In this document: positions 15,520 to 26,100 of the stretch, piece after piece
How the letters are laid out: every line of letters begins with the position of its first letter
Position numbering within the stretch: the first letter of the stretch is position 1
Source: Xylanibacter ruminicola 23
GTDB lineage: Bacteria; Bacteroidota; Bacteroidia; Bacteroidales; Bacteroidaceae
Assembly: GCF_000025925.1 (NCBI RefSeq)
Contig: NC_014033.1
Location: 1,890,001 to 1,922,000, forward strand
Reading direction: 5' to 3'
DNA length: 32,000 nt
Notes under the pieces: generated by a model
Seen by the model: the letters and a program-made list of their open reading frames with translations, nothing else
Told to the model about the DNA's origin: nothing
The model's database searches: none
Program-made: the position numbers and the translations under genes

Positions 15520-15527
15520 GGTTTTGC
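15520..15527 (-). promoter_or_regulatory. TAnnTTTG -7 box for the PUL 1 susC/susD-like operon
   Basis: The plus strand reads CAAAAGTA, which is TACTTTTG followed by cagc on the minus strand. It lies 43 nt upstream of the ATG at 15477. Confidence 0.5.
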
Positions 15528-15607
15528 TGCAAAAGTAGGTGTTTTTACCTATTTTATATATTACAAAATCGTTCGTTTACTATGATTATCGTACAAACTG
15601 TACATTT

Positions 15608-16786
15608 TTAATTGCCATCGGGCTTGGTTAGATTGGTATTTCCCGAAGGATACCATACAAACGTATCGGGATCATCAGGCTGATTAGGATTGTAATCCTG
15701 CCAATCTGTACGCAAGTGCTCTACCAATGGCGAGTGCATCTGTTTCAGCCCCATCACGATACACTTGGCCACCTGCCACGCACCGTAAGGATTAAAATGG
15801 GTGTTATCGGCCAGTGCTTCGGGCTGATTAGCAAAGGTATTAGCAGGATAGTGTACCAGCGCCTTCTTTGAGCCCTCGTAACCTAAAGTTTCGTACAGGG
15901 TGGTAGTCATACCATTCAGTTCAATCACAGGCACATTCTCTCTGCGAGCCACGGTACGCATAGCCTCAGGATAGTCGCCATGGGTGTTACGCAGTGTTTT
16001 CTGGTCGGCCTCGAAGAACCTGCGTGCTGTAGGTGTCACAAAGATGATGTTACCACCTTTGGCACGTACGCGGTCCACAAATATCTTCAGATTGCGTGAG
16101 TAGCTGTACCAGGCACCATCGCCAGCTTTCTTCTCCTTCTCGTCGTTATGACCGAACTCACAAATCACATAGTCGCCCTTTCGCAGTTGGGTAAGAATCT
16201 TATCCAAACGCAGCTGTGCCAAGAAGGTAGTTGCCGAGAGTCCGCTTTCGGCATAGTTGGCTATCACCACCCTATCGTCGAACCAACGTGTAATCATCTG
16301 TCCCCACGAAGCCCAAGGCTCCTGCTCCTGATCCACCACCGTGCTGTTGCCACACAGAAATACCGTAGTGGCTGTGGTATCGGGGGTGATGGTGATGCGC
16401 TGCACAGCTGGTGCTGGTCCGCAGAACTGCAGGTTCAGGGCATCATCCCAGTTTTTGTAACTCAGCTCGCGGGGTTTCAGCTTCACGCTGGTGGTAGCAT
16501 TTATCCGAGGCTCGTGCTTGTTTACCACAAAACTTACGGTTTGGTATTTACCTCTCCTGGTGCTGACAACATCGGTGTAATGCCTACGACTCTCAGCACG
16601 TACCACCGTCTGGGCAGCACGCTTCTTTGAACCGAGCGTTACGGTAACACGATAATTACCATCGGGCACCCGGACCGAGAAATCGATGGGACTGACACTC
16701 TCTTTATATAATAAGGTGTCGATGGTCTGCGCCTGTACACACAGACTGGCAGCTACGGCCACAGTTAGAATCATTAGTCTTTTCAT
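15608..16786 (-). CDS. SGNH/GDSL-type esterase, rhamnogalacturonan acetylesterase-like (CE12-like), with an N-terminal beta-sandwich extension
   Basis: 392 aa with a signal peptide. SGNH blocks: block I is VFLCGNSTVVD (GNS instead of GDS), block III is ICEFGHNDEK, and block V is DNTHFNPYGA (DxxH). Confidence 0.75.
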   Translation of the reverse strand: MKRLMILTVAVAASLCVQAQTIDTLLYKESVSPIDFSVRVPDGNYRVTVTLGSKKRAAQTVVRAESRRHYTDVVSTRRGKYQTVSFVVNKHEPRINATTSVKLKPRELSYKNWDDALNLQFCGPAPAVQRITITPDTTATTVFLCGNSTVVDQEQEPWASWGQMITRWFDDRVVIANYAESGLSATTFLAQLRLDKILTQLRKGDYVICEFGHNDEKEKKAGDGAWYSYSRNLKIFVDRVRAKGGNIIFVTPTARRFFEADQKTLRNTHGDYPEAMRTVARRENVPVIELNGMTTTLYETLGYEGSKKALVHYPANTFANQPEALADNTHFNPYGAWQVAKCIVMGLKQMHSPLVEHLRTDWQDYNPNQPDDPDTFVWYPSGNTNLTKPDGN

Positions 16787-16809
16787 CAGAGTTATTAATT
16801 AGTATGGTG

Positions 16810-16817
16810 CAAAAGTA
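16810..16817 (-). promoter_or_regulatory. TAnnTTTG -7 box for the esterase gene
   Basis: The plus strand reads CAAAAGTA, which is TACTTTTG followed by cacc on the minus strand. It lies 24 nt upstream of the ATG at 16786. Confidence 0.45.
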
Positions 16818-16925
16818 CAGCCTTTATCACTATCATACGACCGATTATTGTCCGTAAACTATCAAACTTGTACAAAATTGCTAATTTCAGAACGAACGTA
16901 TATGTATCATCACCACATATTTGCC

Positions 16926-16933
16926 TACTTTTG
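16926..16933 (+). promoter_or_regulatory. TAnnTTTG -7 box for the GH2-GH105-GH106-like operon
   Basis: TACTTTTG followed by cagc, 30 nt upstream of the ATG at 16963. Confidence 0.5.
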
Positions 16934-16962
16934 CAGCAGAAAACTAAAAACGTACGAAAGAG

Positions 16963-19341
16963 ATGAATACAAATCGTATCACCGCATTGGTTTTACCGCT
17001 ATGCATGGCAACGAGCATGTGGGCACAACCTAGAACAGTGCAATCGCTGAACCTGGGTTGGGAGTTTGCACGCGACTCGTTGTTTACTAACGCGCACCAG
17101 GTTGACGTGCCTCACGACTTTCAGATAGAACAGCCATGGGTTGCTCCAAGTGCCGACGAACGTGGCGACAACACCGATGTGGCTGCCAACATAAAAAGCC
17201 GTCTGTCGGCCAGAGGTTTTAAAGAGATGGGTGCAGGCTGGTACAAAAAGACATTAAACATTAAACGATTAAACATTAAAGATGCCCGTCGTTTATTGCT
17301 CGACTTCGAAGGCATTATGTACGTAGGCGATGTATGGTTGAACGGTGTGCATATCGGTGGCACCGATTATGGCTACGTGGGTTTTGAAATCGATGTAACC
17401 AAACTATGGCGCTATGGCGAGGACAATGAGATTATCGTCAAGGCACATACCATGACCGAAAAGAACTCACGCTGGTACACAGGTGGCGGTTTGTTCCGCA
17501 ACGTATCGCTCATCGACACACCTGCCGATTTGTATTTCGAGCGCCATCCGCTCTACATCACTACGCGCGATAATAAATATGTAAATATAGCAGCCGATTT
17601 TACAAATCGCACCAAGAACCGTCAAACAGTTATGAAGGTAAGTATTTACGACCCTCAGGGAAAACTGGTAACAGAACAGACGGCTAAACGTGGCGGCAAC
17701 CCACAAACACGTACACTCACGATACAGGCACCCGAGATGGAGATACCCAATGCGCAGCTTTGGGACACAGAGCACCCCGCCTTATATAAAGTGGTGTGCC
17801 AGTTGCTGTATGCTGATGATACCGTGGCCGATGAAGTAAGCGAGCAATTCGGTATCCGCACCATTGAGTACGGTCCCGACTTCGGCTTGAAACTCAACGG
17901 TAAGAAAGTGCTGCTCAAAGGCTATGCCAACCACCACACCTTAGGCGCCTTAGGTGCAGCTGCCTATCCCCGCGCCATCGAGAAGCGTCTGCAACTCATG
18001 AAGCAGTTCGGCATCAACCACATACGTACCTCGCACAATCCATACAGTCGCGATTTTATCCGCCTATGCGATAAATACGGCATACTGGTTGTTGATGAGC
18101 TTTACGATAAGTGGACCCAGCAGCACACTGGCGGACGCGTGCCGTTTATGAACCACTGGGCACAGGATGTTACCGAGTGGATTAAGCGCGACCGCAACTC
18201 ACCATCGGTGATTATGTGGAGCTTAGGCAACGAGCTACAGCAAGATCCAAACCTGCCGTTTAACGACTTTGGTGTTACCTGCTACCAGATGATGCGCCCC
18301 GTAGTGAACCGCTACGACTCTACCCGCAAGGTTACCGTAGCCATGCACCCGCGCTACCGCAACTGGGAGACCGACTCGCTGCCCTGCGACTTGGCCATGC
18401 ACACCGATATACAGGCCTATAATTATAGGTACATGTACTTCCCTGGCGATGGTCGCCGTTTTCCATGGATGACTTTCTACCAGAGCGAGGCCAGCATCAA
18501 CAAGATGGGCCCGAACTGGTTTGAGATGGACCTGAACAAGGTTATCGGTCTGGCCTACTGGGGTGCTATCGATTACTTAGGCGAGAGTCAGGGCTGGCCA
18601 GCCAAAGGTTGGGCACAGGGTGTGTTCGACATCGCGTTAGAGCCCAAGCCCAAAGCCTACTTTTTGAAGAGTTATCTGACCGACACCCCCATGGTACATA
18701 TAGCCATTATCGAGGATACTGATGCCGGCATAGAGTGGAACGGCATACAGACAGGTAACGATATCCAGTCGGAAAACTGGAACCGCATCGCTGGCACAAA
18801 AGTAAATCTGTTTACTTACACCAATGGCGATGAGGTAGAACTGCTACTGAATGGCAAAAGCCTTGGTAAGCAGGCCAACTCTACCGATGCCGAAAAGCGC
18901 AACCGCATTTTGTGGAAAGCCATCCCCTATCAGGCAGGCAAGTTAGAAGCCGTGGCCTACAAAAACGGTAAGGTGATAGCCCGCCATGCTATCGAAACCA
19001 CTGGTAAGGCTGTTAAGCTGCAGGCTATTCCCGATAACACCAACTGGCAGGCAGATGGCGAGGATCTGCAGCATGTGCGCATCATCGCCGTAGATAGCAG
19101 AGGTCGCCGTGTATCCGATGCCAGCAACGAACTGCAGTTCGAGGTTGAAGGCGATGCCCGTATTGTGGCTGTAACCAATGGCGATATTGAGAGCGACGAA
19201 CTGAACGTAACCAATCACCGTCGCCTGTGGCATGGTTCGGCTATGGTTATCCTGCGTGCAGGCAGCCAGCCATCAAAAGTAACGCTAAAGACTACATCCG
19301 ACAACTTTAAAACCGTTGTCAACAAGTTTGAAACTAAATAA
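16963..19341 (+). CDS. Glycoside hydrolase family 2 (beta-galactosidase/beta-glucuronidase-like)
   Basis: 792 aa with a signal peptide. GH2 landmarks: LNLGWEF, VWLNGVHIGGTDYGYVGFEIDVT, NHIRTSHNPYSRDFIRLCDKYGILVVDE, and the acid/base region MWSLGNE. Confidence 0.85.
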   Translation: MNTNRITALVLPLCMATSMWAQPRTVQSLNLGWEFARDSLFTNAHQVDVPHDFQIEQPWVAPSADERGDNTDVAANIKSRLSARGFKEMGAGWYKKTLNIKRLNIKDARRLLLDFEGIMYVGDVWLNGVHIGGTDYGYVGFEIDVTKLWRYGEDNEIIVKAHTMTEKNSRWYTGGGLFRNVSLIDTPADLYFERHPLYITTRDNKYVNIAADFTNRTKNRQTVMKVSIYDPQGKLVTEQTAKRGGNPQTRTLTIQAPEMEIPNAQLWDTEHPALYKVVCQLLYADDTVADEVSEQFGIRTIEYGPDFGLKLNGKKVLLKGYANHHTLGALGAAAYPRAIEKRLQLMKQFGINHIRTSHNPYSRDFIRLCDKYGILVVDELYDKWTQQHTGGRVPFMNHWAQDVTEWIKRDRNSPSVIMWSLGNELQQDPNLPFNDFGVTCYQMMRPVVNRYDSTRKVTVAMHPRYRNWETDSLPCDLAMHTDIQAYNYRYMYFPGDGRRFPWMTFYQSEASINKMGPNWFEMDLNKVIGLAYWGAIDYLGESQGWPAKGWAQGVFDIALEPKPKAYFLKSYLTDTPMVHIAIIEDTDAGIEWNGIQTGNDIQSENWNRIAGTKVNLFTYTNGDEVELLLNGKSLGKQANSTDAEKRNRILWKAIPYQAGKLEAVAYKNGKVIARHAIETTGKAVKLQAIPDNTNWQADGEDLQHVRIIAVDSRGRRVSDASNELQFEVEGDARIVAVTNGDIESDELNVTNHRRLWHGSAMVILRAGSQPSKVTLKTTSDNFKTVVNKFETK

Positions 19342-19348
19342 ACTACAT

Positions 19349-20512
19349 ATGAAGAAAACTATTATCGCACTCGTAGCACTCGTGGGACTCACCACCACAG
19401 CTACCGCACAGAACAATGTGTTAGAATCAGCACAGAAAACAAACAACTACTTCATGATGAAGTATAGTGACCCTACCCTTCCCACCAACGTGAAGAAGGT
19501 GCGCCCCTCGTCGCTTTGGACACGTGCCGTGTACTACGAGGGACTGATGGCCCTGAATGCCATCGACCCACAGCAGCGTTACATCGATTACGCCATGACC
19601 TGGGCCGACTTCCACAAGTGGACACCACGCAACGGCGTGAACACCCTTGATGCCGACGACCAGTGCTGCGGACAGACCTACGTTGAACTGGCAGCTTTGA
19701 AAGGTGGCGATCAGAAAGCACTCTTAGCTAACGTCATAGCCAATCTGGATCACCAGATGGTTACCCCAAACTCAAAGAAGCAAACCTCTACGCCCAAGGC
19801 CAAGACCAACGTGAACTCGTTGTACGGCTGGTGGACCTGGATTGATGCCATACAGATGGCTATGCCACTCTACATGCAGATTGCAAACGTTACTGGCGAA
19901 CAGAAATATCGCGACCACGCCATGCAGATGTACCGCTGGACTCGTAACGAGTGTGGTGGTGGTTTGTTCAACACCAAAGACGGTTTGTGGTGGCGCGATG
20001 CCGACTACGTACCACCTTACAAGGAAAAGGATGGTAAGGACTGCTACTGGAGCCGTGGTAACGGTTGGGTGTATGCCGCCATCGTACGCTGCATGAACCA
20101 GTTGAGTCCTAAGAGTAAAGAATATAAGGAACTGAAGAAGGACTTCCTGCTGATGAGCAAGGGCTTGCTCAGCTGTCAGCACGAAGATGGTTTCTGGCAT
20201 GCCAGCTTGGTAAGCGATGCCGACTACCCTACCCCCGAGATGACAGGTACCGCCCTGTTCCTCTATGGTATGGCATGGGGGATTCAGCAGGGGTTGCTCA
20301 AAGCCAAGACCTATCGCCCTGCATGCGACAAAGCCTGGCAGGCACTCGCATCATGCGTACATAACGATGGATTCTTAGGATGGAACCAGGGCACAGGAAA
20401 GGAACCCTCAGCCGGACAACCTGTTACCTTCGACAGCGTACCCGACTTTGAAGACTATGGCACAGGCTGTTTCCTGCTTGGCGCTTCTGAGTATTACAAA
20501 CTTACCAGATAA
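19349..20512 (+). CDS. GH105/GH88-type unsaturated rhamnogalacturonyl (glucuronyl) hydrolase
   Basis: The track ORF starts at 19316. The preferred start is MKKTIIALVALVGLTTTATAQ at 19349. Motifs: WTWIDAIQMAMPLY, YWSRGNGWVYAAIV, GTALFLYGMAWGIQQGLL. These fit the alpha/alpha-barrel YteR-like family. Confidence 0.8.
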   Translation: MKKTIIALVALVGLTTTATAQNNVLESAQKTNNYFMMKYSDPTLPTNVKKVRPSSLWTRAVYYEGLMALNAIDPQQRYIDYAMTWADFHKWTPRNGVNTLDADDQCCGQTYVELAALKGGDQKALLANVIANLDHQMVTPNSKKQTSTPKAKTNVNSLYGWWTWIDAIQMAMPLYMQIANVTGEQKYRDHAMQMYRWTRNECGGGLFNTKDGLWWRDADYVPPYKEKDGKDCYWSRGNGWVYAAIVRCMNQLSPKSKEYKELKKDFLLMSKGLLSCQHEDGFWHASLVSDADYPTPEMTGTALFLYGMAWGIQQGLLKAKTYRPACDKAWQALASCVHNDGFLGWNQGTGKEPSAGQPVTFDSVPDFEDYGTGCFLLGASEYYKLTR

Positions 20513-22926
20513 TGAGGAAATTCTTAACCATAATATGTGTGGCGTGCTGCTATGCCTCGGCAACCTTTGCCCAGGCATGGCCACAGCCCAAACCAGAAGC
20601 TAAACCCGGCACCCGTTGGTGGTGGCTGGGTTCAGCTGTTAATCAGCGCGACCTGCAGTGGAACCTCCAGGAGTATGCCCGTGCAGGCATAGGCGCTGTT
20701 GAGATAACGCCTATCTATGGCGTAAAAGGTAACGATGCCAACAACATCGCTTACCTCTCACCCCAATGGATGCAGGCCCTGCAATCGGTTCAAGACATCG
20801 CCCGTCCGTTAGGCATCGAGGTGGATATGAACTGCGGTACCGGCTGGCCCTTTGGCGGTCCGCACATCTCGTTAGATCAGGCTGCTTGTCGTGCGATTAT
20901 CAAGGATACCATTATTAATGGCAAGCACCAGTATGAGGTTGAGATTGGACACACCAAGCAGAAGGTAAAACGTGCCGCTCCTGGTGGCGAAGGCTGGGTG
21001 GTGGATCATTTCGACCGCAACGCCGTAGCACACTACCTGGATCGTTTTGAACAGGCATTTGCAACATCGGGCGTACCTTACCCTCACACGTTCTTTAACG
21101 ACAGCTACGAGGTGTACAAGGCCGATTGGACGCCCACCCTGTTCGATGAGTTCCAGAAACGTCGTGGATACGACCTGCGTACTAAACTGCCCGAACTGTT
21201 AGGCAAGGTAGATGATGGCAACCAGACGTTGGCCGATTATCGCGAAACACTCAGCGATATGCTGCTCGAGAACTTCACCCAGCAGTGGGTGGCATGGGCA
21301 CACAAGCATGGTGTAAAGGTGCGCAACCAGGCTCATGGCTCACCTGCCAACCTGCTCGATCTTTATGCCGCTGTAGATATTCCAGAGATCGAAGGGTTCG
21401 GTCTTTCAGAGTTCGGCATTAAGGGCTTGCGCACCGATCCTGGCAAAACCCGTAAGAATGATAGCGACGTGTCGATGCTCAAGTATGCATCGTCGGCTGC
21501 TCATGTCATGGGCAAGCCCTTCACATCCAGCGAAACGTTTACCTGGCTCACCGAGCATTTCCGTACCTCGCTCTCACAGATGAAGCCCGATCTCGACCTG
21601 ATGTTCACCTGTGGTGTAAACCACGTGTACTTCCATGGTTCGTGCTACACCCCACAGAACGCTGCCTGGCCTGGTTGGAAGTTCTATGCATCGGTTGATA
21701 TGAGTCCTACCAACTCTATCTGGCGCGATGCCCCTTTCCTGATGAAGTACATCGAGCGTAGCCAGAGTTTCCTGCAGTTGGGCGAGCCTGACAACGATTT
21801 TCTGGTATATCTGCCCGTACGCGACATGTGGCACCAGCGTGATAACAACAACACGCTACTCATGCAGTTCGACATCCACTCGATGGCCAAGAAAGCGCCT
21901 CAGTTTATCCGCAGCATCCTGACGATTGACAGCTTAGGTTACGACTGCGATTACATCAGCGATCGTCAGTTGGCTAAGGTACGCATGCAGGATGGCATGC
22001 TTGTAACCGAGGGTGGCACCCGCTACAAGGCGCTTATCATCCCCAGCGGCACCACCATCGATGCGTCGCTGCAAGCACAGATCAACCGCTTGAACGCCTA
22101 TGTGATTCGTGGCGAACAGGCTGCCGATATGGCCAAGTTTGCCAAAGCCGAACAGATGAAGACCACCTACGGCTTGCGCGCCATCCGTCGCCATACAGCC
22201 GATGGTTGGCACTACTTCATCGTAAACCTCACACCCAAGGATATTACAGGCGATGTAACCCTGGCAGTACCTTTCGAGAGTGCTACCTGGTTCAACCCCA
22301 TGAACGGTGATATTCAGCCTGCCGAAGTACATAACGGACAGCTGCACATCGCCCTCAAATCAGGCGAAAGCCGCATCCTACAGACGTCAAATCAACCTTC
22401 AACAAATATTACTACAACTGCATCCGGGACCGAGGAGATAACTCTCCAAGGTCCATGGGTGCTTTCATTCACCGACGAAAGTCCACGTGTTGAAGGCACG
22501 TTCAAACTGAACAAGCTCCAGACGTGGGAGACACTGAGCGACAGTGCTGCCGTTACCATGGGTACAGGTGTTTACACCACCAGCATCAAGCTTTCGGCCC
22601 AACAAGCTAAGCAGCACTGGCAGATTGACTTAGGCGACGTACGCGAGAGTGCCCGTGTGTATATCAACAGTCAGTTTGTAGGTTGTGCCTGGGCCGTACC
22701 ATTCATTCTGGATTGCGGCAACACTCTGCACAAGGGCAAGAACGAGATACGTATCGAGGTTACCAACCTGCCTGCCAACCGCATTGCCGAGCTTGACAGA
22801 AAAGGCGTACAGTGGCGCAAATTCAACGAGATTAACGTGGTGGATATCAACTATAAGAACACCACCTACGCCGATTGGAAACCCGTTCCAAGTGGACTAA
22901 ATACAACCGTTAAACTGGTTCGTTAA
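20512..22926 (+). CDS. Large glycoside hydrolase, GH106-like (putative alpha-L-rhamnosidase), with a C-terminal galactose-binding-like domain
   Basis: 804 aa with a signal peptide. The N-terminal PGTRWWWLGSAV...GIGAVEITPIYG pattern and the C-terminal ESARVYINSQFVG...NEIRIEVTNLPANRI domain match my recollection of the Glyco_hydro_106-type architecture. The start overlaps the GH105 stop as TAATG. Confidence 0.6.
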   Translation: MRKFLTIICVACCYASATFAQAWPQPKPEAKPGTRWWWLGSAVNQRDLQWNLQEYARAGIGAVEITPIYGVKGNDANNIAYLSPQWMQALQSVQDIARPLGIEVDMNCGTGWPFGGPHISLDQAACRAIIKDTIINGKHQYEVEIGHTKQKVKRAAPGGEGWVVDHFDRNAVAHYLDRFEQAFATSGVPYPHTFFNDSYEVYKADWTPTLFDEFQKRRGYDLRTKLPELLGKVDDGNQTLADYRETLSDMLLENFTQQWVAWAHKHGVKVRNQAHGSPANLLDLYAAVDIPEIEGFGLSEFGIKGLRTDPGKTRKNDSDVSMLKYASSAAHVMGKPFTSSETFTWLTEHFRTSLSQMKPDLDLMFTCGVNHVYFHGSCYTPQNAAWPGWKFYASVDMSPTNSIWRDAPFLMKYIERSQSFLQLGEPDNDFLVYLPVRDMWHQRDNNNTLLMQFDIHSMAKKAPQFIRSILTIDSLGYDCDYISDRQLAKVRMQDGMLVTEGGTRYKALIIPSGTTIDASLQAQINRLNAYVIRGEQAADMAKFAKAEQMKTTYGLRAIRRHTADGWHYFIVNLTPKDITGDVTLAVPFESATWFNPMNGDIQPAEVHNGQLHIALKSGESRILQTSNQPSTNITTTASGTEEITLQGPWVLSFTDESPRVEGTFKLNKLQTWETLSDSAAVTMGTGVYTTSIKLSAQQAKQHWQIDLGDVRESARVYINSQFVGCAWAVPFILDCGNTLHKGKNEIRIEVTNLPANRIAELDRKGVQWRKFNEINVVDINYKNTTYADWKPVPSGLNTTVKLVR

Positions 22927-22953
22927 GTCGCACGTTACTTATTATAATAATGT

Positions 22954-22996
22954 ACGTAAACGTTTCGTATTCGAAAACGTTTACGTGCTTTTTTAC
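22954..22996 (+). terminator. Intrinsic terminator after the GH operon
   Basis: acgtaaacgttt (22954-22965) pairs with aaacgtttacgt (22975-22986) around a 9-nt loop, followed by gctttttt and a second tttttt run. Confidence 0.6.
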
Positions 22997-23040
22997 GCAC
23001 TTTTTTACCATCGAATAGCCGATTTTTAATTTTTTTATAC

Positions 23041-23048
23041 TATATTTG
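23041..23048 (+). promoter_or_regulatory. TAnnTTTG -7 box for the PUL 2 susC/susD-like operon
   Basis: TATATTTG followed by cacc, 72 nt upstream of the ATG at 23120. Confidence 0.5.
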
Positions 23049-23119
23049 CACCAATTTAAGGACTAATCTCTGAGAAGTAATTGACTTACTATTATAATTA
23101 ATAACTTAAACATCAAAGT

Positions 23120-26100
23120 ATGAATCAAGCAATGAGAAGATTGTGCAAACTGTGTCTCTTAGCAGCATTCTTTGTACTGGCTCCCCCTGAGGTGCTGGCT
23201 CAAACGATTGCGAAAGGACAGGTGTTTGACTCAACTAACGAGCCCGTTATTGGCGCTACAGTTGTAGAAAAAGGTAGTCCTAAAAACGCTACGATTACCG
23301 ACTACGACGGTAACTTTAACCTCACGCTGCAGAACAGTAAGCAGGTTGTAATTACCTACATCGGTATGAAATCCAAGACCGTTACCATCAGCGGTGCCCC
23401 CGTTAAGGTAACCATGGAAGACGACAACACCACCCTGAACGATGTGGTAGTAATTGGTTACGGTTCGGTTAAGAAGAAAGATCTTACCGGATCGGTAGCA
23501 ACCGTTAACAGCGAAACCTTGCAGGCTGTACCTGTAGCCAATGCCTCAGAGGCCCTCACCGGTAAGATGGTGGGTGTACAGGTAACTACCACCGAAGGTT
23601 CGCCCGATGCCGAAGTAAAGATTCGTGTTCGTGGTGGTGGTTCTATCACCCAGAGCAACGATCCCCTTTACATCGTTGATGGATTCCCCGTTGAGACCAT
23701 CAGCGACATTCCCGCAAATGATATCGAAGACATCACCGTACTGAAGGATGCATCATCTACCGCCATCTATGGTAGCCGTGGTGCTAATGGTGTTATCCTG
23801 GTAACCACCAAGAGCGGTAAGGAGGGTAAGACCAAGGTAAGCTACAATGCTTACTACAGCTGGAAGAAGATTGCCAAGAAGCAGGATGTGCTGAGCGCAC
23901 GCGACTATGCTACCTGGCAGTACGAGCTGGCCTTGCTGAAGAACAATAACGATCCTGAGAAGATCTCGTCGTACACCGATTATTTCGGCAACTATCAGGA
24001 TCTGGATATGTACGACAATATTGCCACCAACGATTGGCAGGATCTGGTTTACGGCCGTACCGGTCACACCTTTAATCACAACATCAACATCAATGGTGGT
24101 ACCGAGAATATCAAATATGCATTCAGCTATGCACACATGAACGATAAGGCCATCCAGATTGGTTCAAGTTTCAAGCGTGATAACTTCAGTCTGAAGCTGA
24201 ACACCAAGCCCACCAAGACCACAACACTCGATTTCCAGGCACGTTATGCCGATACCGATATCCGTGGTGGTGGTGCACAGGATGCTACTGGTGTATACGA
24301 TTCTGACCACCGTCTGCGTTATGCTGTTATCTACAGCCCATTCCCCATCAAGAACCTTGATCCATCAGCCGGTTCTGCCGATGACGATTTAGGAAACCTC
24401 TACAATCCTATCCAGGCTCAGTGGGATAACGACCAGAAGAAGGAACGTAAGAACCTGAACATTGCAGGTGCTTTTGGATGGGAGATTTACAAGGACCTGA
24501 AGCTGCGTACCGAGTTTGGTTACGACGACTACAACAACTACGACCAGCGTTACTGGGGTCTTACCACCTATTATATTAAGAACGTACCAGCAGTTGACAA
24601 CCAGAACATGCCAGCCATCCGACTGACATCAACTAACCGTCACCGCTTCCGCAATACCAACACCATCAACTACGACTTCAAGAATCTGATTAAGAACGAG
24701 GATCACAAGTTGAACCTGATGGTAGGTCATGAGTACGTGATTACCAAGCAGCGCGTTAATACCGACGAGGTACACGGTTTCCCCACCGACTTTGATGCTG
24801 CCACTGCTTGGAAGCTCACCTCACAGGGTGTACCCTACTCTATCGACGATGCTTACAGTGCTGATGACAAGCTGCTCTCTTTCTTCGGTCGTTTGAACTA
24901 CAACCTGAAGGACCGCTACCTGCTCAGTGCTACATTCCGTGCCGATGCCAGCTCTAAGTTTGCTAAGGGCAACCGTTGGGGTTACTTCCCCTCAGCCGCT
25001 CTGGCTTGGCGTATCTCTTCAGAGCCATTCATGGCCAGCACAGCCTCTTGGCTCGACGATTTGAAACTGCGTGTAAGCTACGGTACTGCTGGTAACAACA
25101 ATATTCCAGTTGGTCAGCTTGTACAGACTTATAGCGCCAGCTCTACCGCTTGGGTAAACGGTATCTCTTCATACTGGGCACCATCAAAGACGATGGCTAA
25201 CCCCGACCTGAAGTGGGAGACCACCATCACCCGTAACGTAGGTTTGGACTTCACCCTGTTCGGTGGCAAACTGAATGGTACCATCGAGGCCTATCTGAAC
25301 ACCACCAAGGACCTGCTTATCCAGTTCCCTGTAGGCGGTACAGGTTACGACAACCAGTATCGTAACATGGGTAAGACCGAGAATAAGGGTCTTGAGTTCA
25401 GCTTTACCTGGCATGCCGTTAACCAGAAGAACTGGGGTATCGACATCAGCGGTAACATCGGCTTCAACAAGAATAAGGTTAAGAGCCTTGGTGTGATGAA
25501 CGACTTTGGTTGGAACACCAACTGGGCTTCGACCGAAATCGGTAACGACTACTGGATTTCTGTAGGCGATCCTCTCGGCCAGGTAATGGGATTCCGCATG
25601 GATGGCGCTGGTCGCTACGAGGTGAGCGACTTTGCTGGCTACGATGCTAAGCAGGGTTGGATTCTGAAGGATGGTGTAGCCGATGCTACAGCCGTAGTAG
25701 GCACTATCCGTCCAGGTTCGCTCAAGCTCAAGGATCTGGATGGCGATGGATTCGTAACATACGAGAACGATGTAGAGGTTCTGGGTGATGTTAACCCAAC
25801 AGCATTCGGTGGATTCACCCTGAGCGGTCACGCTTACGGCTTCGACCTGAGCGCTGCCTTCAACTACAGCATTGGCAACAAGGTTTATAATGCTAATAAG
25901 ATTGAGTACACCTCAACCTCAAAGTACCAGTATCGCAGTATGAGCACCGAGATGGCTGCTGGCAAGCGCTGGACCAACCTCGATCCTGAGACCGGTCTGC
26001 TCAGCAACGACCCAACCCGTCTGGCCGAGTTGAACGCCAACACCACTATGTGGAGCCCTTACATGAGCCGTATGGTACTTACCGACTGGGCTCTTGAGGA

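Noticed and set aside
17252-17280. CATTAAA repeated three to four times inside the GH2 gene
   Set aside because: It is in-frame (encodes LNIKRLNIK) within an intact, motif-complete GH2 ORF, with no frameshift or truncation. It is probably a small neutral duplication.
22952-22988. The palindrome containing two AAACGTTT cores could be a LacI-type operator
   Set aside because: It is followed by two T-runs directly after the stop of the GH106-like gene, which fits an intrinsic terminator. No LacI-family regulator gene is in the window. It is kept only as an alternative.
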